Origin: Antedon mediterranea
Lineage: Eukaryota > Animalia > Echinodermata
Length of the DNA: 64,000 nucleotides
NCBI RefSeq assembly: GCF_964355755.1
Contig: NC_092676.1
Coordinates: forward strand, 18,928,871-18,992,870
Reading direction: 5' to 3'
The notes beneath the pieces were generated by a model. That model did no database searches, was not told where the DNA came from, and saw only the letters and a program-made list of their open reading frames with translations. Below are positions 37,301 through 49,100 of this stretch, piece by piece (the stretch's first letter is position 1; every line of letters begins with the position of its first letter). The position numbers and the translations under genes were made by a program.

Positions 37301-40300
37301 CCAGAGATCAAATTGATACGCCCCATCTTATATATATATATATATATTATTTATTGTGAAAAATTAAGGTGCAGTTGTGACTCTAAACCTCTTTTTTCCC
37401 CTTCTCGTATTCATCATTTCATTTCAGGTATTTTTAAACAATTAAACACCCTAAAGTAAAGGTAATCATATGTATATAACATAATATAAAAACATTTTTA
37501 TTTTGCCGTTTTCGCGTAAAAAACGATTACTTTACTACTTATATAACTAAATATTAATATTATTTTAAACATTTTAACACTAATGGGTTTTAATTATTAT
37601 TACTATACTTTTCATCAAGATTGAAGATGATATTATAGTTCAGTTTGAGGATCATAATAATGTTACATTTAGATCTCTCTCGCTTAGCCGAACCATTTTG
37701 AACTTTAACTAACTGTTTTAACTATGGGTATTTTGCCGTTTTCGTGTAAAAAAATAATTACTTTACTTCTTCTAACTAATTATTGATATTATTTTAATTA
37801 CGATACCATATTCTTTTTATTATTATATATTATATGAAATAACTATTATGTTAGATTTCAGATTAGGTGATTTGTATTAGACCATAAGTACATTAAATTG
37901 AAAGCGATGTTGGGCTATCGAGCTCGGGAAAAATATCAATTTTGTAGATCACCAAATATATAACACATCACCTATGACTATACTTGTACATGCTGTTTTT
38001 AGCCGGTTTATGCCTCATTTCTAGCTACGTCTGGCAATGCAATCGTACATCGTTCAGACATTATTAATGTATATTATAGGCACTGTCTATTGACTGATGT
38101 TGGCACATATTTGTTTTTATTCAGTACACTCTCAATATGACACATTTTGGACAAATCGCGTATTTTGGAAAATGAATAGCGCCCTCAAGTTAACGTATTT
38201 TGGACAATTCGCGTATTTTGGAAAATGAATAGCACCCTCAAGTCGACGTATTTTGGAAAGACACGCGTATTTTGGATTAGTATAGCACCCTCAACTTGAC
38301 GTATTTTGGAAAAAATTCTGCGTATTTTGGACTGATGTTCACCAACCCGACTCCTTTAAAGTGGTGCAGAGAGGGTTGGAAGTTGGTAGTAGTTTTAATA
38401 ACTGTAGGTTATGTCGTATGTTTTTGAGGTTTTTTAGATATTATAAAACAGTACTGTTCTAGTCTAGATATTTATATTTTTCAATGATACAGTATGCAAG
38501 CCTCATACATAAACTGTATTTGTATATAATGTGTCAATATTTGAACAGGTAATTTCCTGAAATATAACCAGTGAAATATAATTGTACAGTGTGATATTAA
38601 TCTTAAGTATTTGCAGTGATTTTGTTTGGTTCCAAAACGATTTGTTAAAATACAAATTTACATTGGCATCATTATTGACCTACTAACTGAATTTGAGTTT
38701 GTATTGAGAATGTTATGTACATGAAAATACATTTTTTAGCATAGAAATTTTTAATTATTACAAAACATTGATGAAAAATTTTGCAATGTTTTGCTCTACT
38801 ATTACCAAAATTAATATTATATTGGAAGACGTAAACATTAGCTACTACTAGCCCTAGGCCCTAATATGTAATAATGATTAGGCCTAGGTTATCCTATGTA
38901 TTAAGGCCAAGCTTATATCTATTTATTATGTTAAATAGCCTAGGCCTAGATGGGGGTAGTAACAAAGTGCGAGGCACGCGAGGCAGGGAAGGCATGCGAG
39001 GCAAGTCAGAAATTTATGCGAGGCATCGTTTTACCAGCATCAAAAAATGCGAGGCATCATTTTATCATTTCTCAAAATTGCAAGGCAGGAAATCACCGAA
39101 ATTGAAGTAGCCTAGGCCTAGGCCCGCTAGGCTAGTTTCCTTTTGCACCTGCCTTGTATTTTAACCAACTTTATCCTGAATACCACAGCTTAGAATTAGT
39201 AGGCCTACTTTAATGAAGAAAAATCACATAAAAGTAACAATAAATCCATTAAATTGGTGATTTTACAGACGTTGTTTTTCTCGCATTTCGCACACTCAAT
39301 GTTCAATATTTTGGTTTCTATGAATGCCAAAAGAGCAAAATTAATTAGAGGGCTAAAAACTCTGTGGAATCCATTTATATTTAACGCATTATTTGGTGAA
39401 AATCAAGTACAATTTCAATAGATTTTGTCACTGTCAGTAAGGAAAAATGTTACTGTTGATAATGTACACGGTTTCGTTAACCTTTTAAAGAATAAAATAG
39501 AAAAATTCATCATAATATCCTTAGTAGGATGTCCTAGGTCTAGACTAGGTAGTGATGTTGATTTAGGATCGATTATTATTCTTTGAAAACAGAACAGTAT
39601 CAGCAGTAACATATTACAGCATTTTTATTGACAAATTAACAAATATATTGAAATAAAACGTGTTTTTCACCAATAAATGCATGAGAAATTGACGCATTCC
39701 ACTGAGTTTTAGTCCTCTATTATCGTTGCTCTTTTGGCGCTCCATAGAAACAAAAATATTGAACATTGAATAAGTGAAATTCGCGAACAGTGTGCGAGAA
39801 ACACGCCTGTAAAATCATTAATTTAAGGATTTATTTGTTACTTTTTATGTGATTCTTTCATTAAAGTACTCATGAGGTATACTTCTAAGGTGTGGTATTC
39901 ACACGATAAAGTTAGTTATCAAATTTGGAGTAAAAATACAAGCGAAGGAAAACTAGCGACAGGTTTATTAGTACGTACATGGACAACAATAAATAAAAAT
40001 CGTTCGTAATATACCTAGCTTACTAAAACAGGAATAGTGTATCATTATTAAATATTACACCAACTATTATTATATCAAAATTGATTAAATTATTTTCTAC
40101 ATAGGCCTCTTATCTAGGTTAGGGCTAAGCATAATAGCTAAAGTTTAATTTTAGGCCTAGTAATAGTATTACAATTGTCGGACGTAAGTCTTTTTTCACA
40201 CGCGCTCCAGAATTCTGTCGCAATTTTTTTCTTTGCGGCAGGTTATTGGATCGCCATATCAGTTACCTTTTATTCACCGCCAGTTATTGAACTTGTCCTG

Positions 40301-43300
40301 GCAATCGCTGTTCACCTTATTTGCGAGAGAGGTACACGTGTTGTTCCTAGAGAATGGAATGTCAAAAATATCTTTGGCACGCCGCTCAGAGAGAAGTCTG
40401 TGCGTTGCTGCTGCTGAAACCACGTGCTATAGGAGGAGAATGCACCACAATCCTCTGAGCTGAGGGCTGAATCATTCCGCTACCTGCTAAATAGTAAAGA
40501 GGGATTTTCCATCTCTCGGGTCTACCGGATCTAGGCGCAGGGGTGTGACAAAATATTATTTTCACTCTGCTATGTTCGAGAGACATGTGAGTGAACACGC
40601 TCGAAATGCCAACAAACATTGCAGTCATTTGATGAGTGTGTCGCTATAACAATTATTGTTTATCGAAAGTTGAAGACTGTCGTTCAGATTTTTGAACCGT
40701 AGTTTGGGCACTTTTGTAAAAGTAAAATTTGACAAGATATGACTTGAATGAAAAAACAATCGTTACATAAAAATAAACAACATGAGTGTATACACGAATC
40801 TATTTAGATACGCTTGTATCGATTGATTATTAGGCCTATAATATAGCATAATAGCACGTTAAGATATGCCTCGCACCTTTTTGAAATTGTAAACTATATG
40901 CCTCGCACTTTTGGAAATGATAAAATGATGCCTCGCACAAATATTTGGCATGCCTCGCGTGCCTCGCTGCCTCGCACTTTGTCAACACTCCCTAGATGGG
41001 CCTAAGCTATAAAATAATAAGTAGTACTATTTATTATGTATAAAGTGTGGTAAAATATGTTAGATCAGATGACTAAATATACATTAGGTAATATAACTTG
41101 AATTTTGCATTTCTGGTAATTTTATTCAATTCAGAGTTTTATTTTCATACTTCCTATAGCAAAAAATTATCCACCGTATATCCACCATCTTTTTTCACCT
41201 TTAGGAAGTCACCAGACATGTTATTACATTAGTTATTATATTACCTAACTACTGAAAAAATTCTTTCCTGGTTTTTATAGCAGAATTTAAAGGGGAATTC
41301 ATGTTTTTTCATCTTGATTTCTGTTACAAAATATTTGATTTATGTACAATTAACCAGATATTATATTTAAAAATTATGCTTATACAATATTATTGTATGA
41401 ATATGTACATGTTAACCATGGTTTAACCCTTATTTAAAAAGTTATTTAGTGTCAATTGGCAGAGTAATTTCTATTCAGTACACTACAACCACTACAACCA
41501 CTGTCTCATTGTATTCTGTTACTTCCATAGTTAGGCCTAATAATAAAATTCATTTTACAATAATCAATATTTGCTATTGTTACTTGTTGAAAGTGAATGG
41601 CCTTTGGCAATGTGTGACTGCCATTTTACCCTTTTAGCCACCAAACAGTTAATCAATTCAAGTTAATTATTGCATGGTGTAAATCGTCAACAATTGGCAG
41701 AAAATATTTCTGTATGCTTGACAGACCCTGGTAGTGGTACAGTTAAAATAGTAGTCTGGCTTTTGTTAGGAAAGAATGGGATATAAATATAGAGTTATTT
41801 TAAAGTACTGTATATACTGTAGGCTCAGTGAGATAAAGGCTAGAGGCTATCGGATTGTTAATTAAAAATGATATTTCCAGCAATCGTTGATGTTTTGTAA
41901 AAATAATTCACATTCAACCAGGTGATTCCTTGTCTTAAATGTACATTTTATATGGTTAATTTATAATAAATAGAGAAACACAGTAGCTTGCATCAAATGA
42001 CCTCTTGTAATTGTAGTGTAGCTGGTAAAACCAGTGGTTACGTACAAACATTGTACACTATACTGTATAGACAGTGTTTCATTGCTGAATTGTAATTGTC
42101 TTTTTTAACAGAATCTGTTAATACAAATCGGAGAACAAATCGGAGAAGACCCGGTTTTTCCAATGTGTTTTTCACGATATAACATCAAGTGACTGTATCA
42201 GTATCACAGAAGCAACACAAAAATATCAATCCGCACATGATGCATACTGGTATTTATAGTGGGCCGCTTTAATTTTTAGAATCAACATATTTTTCACATT
42301 TGTAACAATTTAAAAATAGGCCCATACTGTACAGTAGTATTCAATTTTACACAAACTGTAGTGTTACTGTACTGTAAATGTTACATTCCAGATCCACATA
42401 CTGTATGTACCTTCATTTCAACATTACTGTAAACATTGTTTAACCATACATACTACAGTATTCCTTCATCACCTTTTTAACTCTTTTTGAAAACTGATAT
42501 CTATCAATGGTATGCCACTGTTCAATTAGCAACACAAAGGGATTTCGAGATTTCAATGGGACTGTTCTATTTATGTTTAGAAGCACAAATAAACTTTATG
42601 TACAGTTCACCACTGAATTATTGTTCAAAACATGAGCATAACAAACAATACTTTATAGTTTTAATGTATTGTGACTGCTCTTGCTGCATAGAGAATAATA
42701 ATGTGGCATTTATATAGCGCTATTTCATGAAGATCAGAGGGCCGTTTTGTCAGCCAATTACAGCACCATTACGTCTGTCCATGACAGTGTGTGAACTAGT
42801 ACACCCGGTTCTCGAAAAATGTACTATGTTCTTTAAAGTGCACATGAGCTAGATGTGTACACTGGACTGACAGATATAGCCCTCCTTGTCCTACTGTAGA
42901 AGACTCGTTCTACCTCCAGAACCATGAAGCAAGTGAGCCTTGCCGATGTTGTGGCTATGGATTATGGTTCCACTGAGTAGAGATCTATCGAAAAACGATG
43001 TTAAGAGGCATAAGTGTGAAGCTAGCGATTTGCGAAAACCGACGACCAACCTACAGTAGGTCAATCAATGTGTTGTTAGTTGTTGCCTGGACCTAGAAAC
43101 CATCAAACCAGTGTCGAGATGAAGAATGAGGACATTCCTCCCAATATTCCCCTGCATGCGCACAATGAACTAACATGGCATAGTTTGGTTGTCGCAAAGC
43201 GAACGCTCCCTAGTATTATTATATGACCAGGTCCAACAAAAAACTGATATAGTTGTATAAAGGTGGAATGGTTATTAAATACAAACTACCAAGCTTACCA

Positions 43301-46153
43301 ATCTATTGTCATTGAACTAGAACAATAATAAAGACCATTACAATTAATACAGATTATGCTAATCCGAGATATAAATTTGTTTGTAAATTGATATAATCAT
43401 TAGAAAGCATTTATAGTACCAGCATACTATTGTATGTACTGTGCAAATATAAATGAATCATCTTAAAAATCTTACTAATACAATTATTAGATTATACAAC
43501 ATACATTGTAATTGTTGTGTTTTTTCTCTTTTAGTACATCTGGTGAATCTCTGTATGCAATTCTAAATATAGAAAAATCAGCAACACCTGAAGAAATTAA
43601 AAAGGCATATAGGAAGGTAATTTGTCAAACAAACTGCTTAAATGCAAGTACAGTACCGTATTAGCAATATCCAAAAACAGGACACTGAGCTCGCCTTACC
43701 AAGATAGGAACTCCTAACAGTCCTTTGAGCTTACAGTATGTCTGACTGTGACAACCAACATTACTGTGTAATACGTGTACTGTACATATTCTCTGAAGTG
43801 CGCAGTGACTGTTAAGGTGTGTGTAACTGATCATGATCAGTTACACACAGATAAACCCTTTCATCCCCGAAGCTCAGCATCCTGTTAGATTGCCTTGATA
43901 ATAAGTCACCCTAAACCTCTTCTGTTATCACAGACACGTTCTGAATCTTTTTGTAGTATACAGTAAAAAAAAAAAAACAAACAAAATTGATTGAATACAG
44001 AATGACGATTAGGAAATTATTTTTCTAATGACAGTACTTTCTATTTGAAATCTTATTTGTAATATTGATTTAATTAATAATTTACTTTCATATCTTTATT
44101 AATATTAACTTCCTGTTATTTTAATGCTTTCAGTTAGCTTTAAAGCATCATCCGGACAAGAACCCAGGAGTCCCAGAAGCTGCTGAAAAGGTAAAGAAAC
44201 TTAAAGTTTTAACAACTTGAATATAAATCATTTAGTCACACAACATTTGCACAATAAGCTAACGACACACTATAATGTCTTTAACATCAAACTCCGCAGT
44301 GAACTCCAGGGTTTGTCACCATTAACAACGTCAAGAAACTCTGGAGTAAATACCGCCCTCTATTTTGTTTACATAACGATCAATGTCAATAGTTGACCGA
44401 CTTTTGGTCAGCCTAAGGATATCAAGTTTGTTTTCACTGATTATAATTTTAACATTTATCATTTTTTTTTAATAGTTTAAAGAAATTAATCATGCAAATA
44501 AAGTTCTTAGCGATGAGAGGAAACGAAGGATATACGACGAGTATGGTTCTATGGGGTTGTATATTGCCGAACAAATCGGTGAAGAAAATGTTGATTTATA
44601 CTTCATGATGAATAGTAAATGTTTCCGGGTAAGATATTTTTATAGATTTTAATTTTTAATATTTTAAATTTTGTACCCATACTTTTATATCAATATAATT
44701 TTTAAATTTGAAAAAAAAATGCAATTCTACTTCCCAGTCTAGGAACATTATTTATTAAACAGAATCCTTTTCCCATCACTCAATCATCACATGAAAGTTC
44801 TGTGTTTGTAAGTCTAAAAAGTAAGGTAATCCGTGGTTGATCCAAGATTGCGAAATATTGTTGTGGTAGGAGTTAGAAGAAGGGGAAGTGGTGTATTGGT
44901 GCGATGGTGGACTATACGCTAAGCTAAAATAGCTTGTTTTAGTGACCCAATGTCATTAAAGCAAATTAACACATCAAACCAAAAATTCATTGATAAAAGA
45001 AGACAAACACTGTAGATAACTGACTGCAATGCATTACACAATATGCTTAAATTTTAAGCTGGTAGTATAATATGCTAAGAGTGACATGGTTGGTCTGAAC
45101 TCAGTGTAATTATATTTCTCTATGTTTTACAACCACACTATGCAGCTGCTGGTCAATTGTTTAAAATGAATATTTATACTTTAATACAATATCAGGGTAT
45201 TACTGTATGTGAAATGAAATGCACAGAGCTCAGAATACAGTTTTTGTTGAAGTAATTTGGTCAAATCATAGATTTTTATTTACAAATTTAAAAGTGCATT
45301 TTCTCTTGTTTTGTTTCATTAAAATTCCTTTTTTAATAAAAAAAAAATCATTGTGTAGTAGCATTGGAGGTGTAGCTTGGTTGTTATACAAGTACAGTAA
45401 ACTGTTCCAATTCTGAAAACCAGAAACTCGGTCTCCCAATACCAGACATTTCTTGTGAACCAAAAGGTCCTAAATTCAAATTAAAAACACGTTTCGAATA
45501 CAGACTTTCCAGAAAACCAGACCTATTTGGCCAGCCAAAAGGTGTCTGGTATTGAGAGAGTTGACTGTATTTTCCTTCCAAATCCAGTGTTCAATCATGA
45601 CCTACTACAGTAACTGCCAGGATGTTTTATTTATCACAAATCCTTCTATTCTACTTCCTACTGTAAGCCTAAATGACATTTTTATTTCACATTAAGCACA
45701 ATGGATTATAATTTTATCCATTTCATCCACAGTTTCTTGCTGTTGTATACATATACAAAAAAAAATTGTAATGAATAAAATGAACTTTTCTTTTTGCAGG
45801 GCTTTATTCTATGTTGTTTCCTTGTAACTGGTTGCTGTTTCTGCTTATGTTGTTGTTGCTGTTGCAACTGTTGCTGTGGCCGGTGCGGCCCCAGACCGCC
45901 AGAAGACGACGATGAGATCAACATAGTCATAGACGAGGACGAAGGTAGTGGAAGCCGAGGATCTAGCGATCCGATCATGAAGCAACCAAAATCAGGCGGG
46001 TCATCATACCAGGCCGGCGACACACCCGGCACCCACGACCACCGCCCTGCCAATGTAGCGATACCAATGCCTGCTCCAGAAAACTCATCTCAACCCAATG
46101 AGAAAACGGTACTGACTCAAGGCGACTATAAAACAACATACACAGATAGTTAA
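28363..46153 (+). CDS. DNAJC5: DnaJ homolog subfamily C member 5 / cysteine string protein (233 aa, 5 coding exons)
   Basis: Exons 28363-28418, 43535-43616, 44134-44190, 44476-44628, 45800-46153 splice in frame to MNPENQ...[14 protein letters not shown]...[17 protein letters not shown]...[20 protein letters not shown]...[25 protein letters not shown]. This gives a J domain with HPD plus a cysteine string. Confidence 0.95.
28810..29300. repeat. Tandem array, about 96-bp unit, about 5 copies, built from CCGATCG sub-repeats
   Basis: AGTTGTTCCCGATCGTACAGTATTTT(T/C)AGAACCACGTTGGGCCCGATCGTCTTACCAGTTGGTCCTGATCG repeated. Confidence 0.9.
30013..31230. mobile_element. Non-autonomous hAT-like transposon, copy 3 (right end missing)
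   Basis: Starts CAGGGGTGGCGCCAGG and is colinear with copies 1 and 2 up to about 31230; no right TIR. Confidence 0.85.
31292..31583. mobile_element. PIF/Harbinger-type MITE
   Basis: Perfect TIRs AGCCTGGTTTCCATAAAATCGCTACACCG / CGGTGTAGCGATTTTATGGAAACCAGGCT, TAA TSD. Confidence 0.85.
36582..38353. mobile_element. Non-autonomous TIR element with long modular inverted ends (hAT- or P-like)
   Basis: GGGTTGGTGAA..TCAGTCCAAAATACGCAG versus CTGCGTATTTTGGACTGA..TTCACCAACCC; subterminal CCAAAATACG repeats inverted at both ends; 8-bp TSD CTTTAAAG (36574-36581, 38354-38361). Confidence 0.8.
38954..40990. mobile_element. MULE-like non-autonomous element
   Basis: TIRs of about 130 bp rich in GCGAGGCA / TGCCTCGC; flanking direct repeat CCTAGATGG (38945-38953, 40991-40999), consistent with a 9-bp TSD. 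Confidence 0.75.
39125..39958. repeat. Internal foldback element with about 290-bp imperfect inverted arms
   Basis: 39125-39410 is the reverse complement of about 39660-39958 (e.g. AATCACATAAAAGTAACAA / TTGTTACTTTTTATGTGATT; CAATGTTCAATATTTT / AAAATATTGAACATTG). Confidence 0.75.
45395..45567. mobile_element. Tc1/mariner-type MITE
   Basis: TA|CAGTAAACT ... AGTTGACTG|TA. A second copy lies at 62505-62666. Confidence 0.65.
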
Positions 46154-49100
46154 TGATATAGCATTGCCCGCCTTCCATATTCCACTAGAGTTATTTAACA
46201 ATATCAATTTCAGAAAACCCAGTATTAAGCTGTTTTGTTGTAGCTTTGTTTTAGCACTTTTCATTCATGTGTAATTCATGCATTTCATATTATTTCTCTT
46301 GAGCATATTGTTTTCTGTATACAGTTTTAAAAACATCATTTTACTACTGTATAAAGAATATCTTGAAAACGTCCATTGTTTTCTTTAGACCATCCATGCC
46401 ATTTTTATAATCAGCAAAATGTCCGAAACAAATGAAAAGCATAGTTTAATACTAAATGATAAAAACGTTACAATTATGTTTTAAATTAAATTGACTCAAA
46501 AACTATATGAAGACCTTGCTAGGATTCTATTGGAAAATTTTGCATCACAAGATCCATTTCTTTAGGTTCCAATTATACAACAGATAGTAATCAATATTCT
46601 CTTAAATTTAATGATTTAAGAGAATTTAAATCAATGATTTTTGAAAAAGTAAAATCTGCTAAGCCCATGTTTTTTTCTGAAGTACCCTTTCAAACTAGAG
46701 AATAGCAGCAGCAGAAGTGATGGTAAATAGACCATTTTTCCCTTTTGTTGGAAAAAAACCCCCCTATTAAAATTCAGGTTATGGGTTTGTGTGGCTCGTT
46801 TTCTTATACCCTATTGAAACCTTCTCTTCATTCTTCTAATATATTTCTTATTCAAGCCCCTTCCATGAGAACAAAGCTAAAAACTCAACGGTCTTTTTCG
46901 CAGACAAATTTTACCTTTGAAATCTTTTATCTAGAAAACTTCTTAAGAACTCAATGGATTCTGGCTTCATATTTAAATTGCGCTCTATTTGAGAAGCATC
47001 TCAAATCACAGTGGACTAGAGGTTACACAACAACTTTTATCTTTCTTAAAATTCCTTCATTGAGCTATCACCAGACAGTGCTCATTTGTCTGTCCACAAG
47101 CATTTCATTAAGAAGGGCTGTACATATTTTTATAATAAATTCTGATAGGCCGGACTTAGCTTTGCCAACGTGCACTTTTTCCAAATTGGACAATTTTTTT
47201 TATTCATTAGATTTACATTTATTTTGGAATTCTAATTATTTGCATTCATTTTCAAGGTAAGGTATTGAAAAAAAATTAAAAATATGCTTTTTTTTTTAAA
47301 AGCACTAACACACAAAATGAAATTAATGTAGAATTTTAAATAAAAAATGTGTATAGTAATACATTGTAAAAATATTTGTATTAAAATCTTCCAATCACAG
47401 GTTTTTTGGAGTTAGGTGGGGAGGGTGTTGAGTATGTGGTATAGTTATTTTGGTACTAGATGAATTATTGAACATGTGTAACGCACATTAAATAAAAAAC
47501 ATAAAGATGAAACATTAAAAGTTGTTCTTAAACTTTTGAAATGGGGAAAGGATATTTTAGGAACCGTATGCGTAAATAGATAAATTGAATCGTTGAATGG
47601 CGTTAAATTAGGGGAAAAATACCTGCATTCCACAGTGAAATATGATTTCACCTTTTGTATTAAATATTTATAAATATTAATGGTTTAATTAAATGTGTTT
47701 TTTTAGATATTTTAATTGAAACTGCAACAAAAAAGGGATAGATCAAATTATGTCTGCTTGACACAGTACACTGTAGGCCTCATTATCGAGTTCTAACCAT
47801 TTGGTGGCCATTTACATTTAAAACTATACAGACCTGACTAATTCTGTTCGAAACCCATTAATACATTACCTCAATCTAACATGCAAAACTACATTGTGAT
47901 AAAATATGATCTTATAATCTGATTTACCAATAGCCAAACAAGAAAATAGGCTAGCAGTACACCATGTGTACAGTATATAGTTCAGAAATAAACCGTTGAG
48001 AAACTTATTTCTAAGAAACACTTATTTCAGAACTATATAAAGGTGGTGTAGTGTAAACTTTATATCAATATTTGATTTCTCCCTGCAAACCTTTGATAAC
48101 CTATAAGATAGGCTAGCAGCACATTAAAGTGGTTTTAGACACTGTATACACTAGACGTTGTATGCCAGGTAAATACTCAACCCTACTGTATATGTAAGTT
48201 ATTTCCAACAAGCATAGTTGTTCCCACTTGTTGTGTACTCGAGCTTAGAATGCTAACCCTAGCAAAATACTGAACAGCATTATTAAATATTTTATTTTTA
48301 ATGGAAACCTGAAGAATCATGTTTTGTAATAGCAATGCATAGACATTGAGTAGTGTGTAGTTTTGTATACTTAATGTAAAGATGTTACTGATAAACTAGT
48401 GGGGCTAACAGTTTATTAATTGTATTACCGTAATCCTCAGGCTTAATCTTTGGGTCTAATCCCACCCCTTACTTTATGTCTGATTTCACAAACAGGCATA
48501 TCCCCGAGTATAGTCCTAGTATTGACTTTTGGTCTGGATGTAGGAAGTTCAGATGCTTACCAATCATTCGTTTTCTGAAACTGGGTTTCCCCGGGTATAG
48601 TCAAACCTCCACCCCACCCTCGAAAGTCGGCCCAATTTCATGTTCTAAGGGGTGGGATTATACTAGAGAAATACAGTATTGGGGTACTTGGTGAAACCTA
48701 AAATTGTTTTAAATTTGTTATCTAGCGGTGTATATTTCCCTAAACTATGCGTATGTATGTTAACATACAAATACTTAATCTAAAAACTAATTTTAGGTAT
48801 TCCCCGACCTCAATTTACAATAATATTTGAAATTAAAAGTAGCCTCAATCAATATATTACATGTTTGTAATTATAATTCAGTTAAATATATTTAATATTG
48901 TTTTAGGCAGATTTTAATAATTATTAATTAGAAAATATATATATGATATTAATTTGCATTTTTACTAACTACTATTTAATTTTCTTAATGATTTGATGGA
49001 ACAAGTAAGTACATATATATTGAGTTCAATAAAGAATTATATAAATGGTATGTTTAGGTATTTTATTAATTGTGCATATTATTAGATGTACTTTCCCCTA

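Noticed and set aside
46745-47260. 171-aa ORF, and coding-like tract at about 51900-52460
   Set aside because: Non-ATG starts and no recognisable motifs; possibly old retroelement debris, but I cannot support a call.
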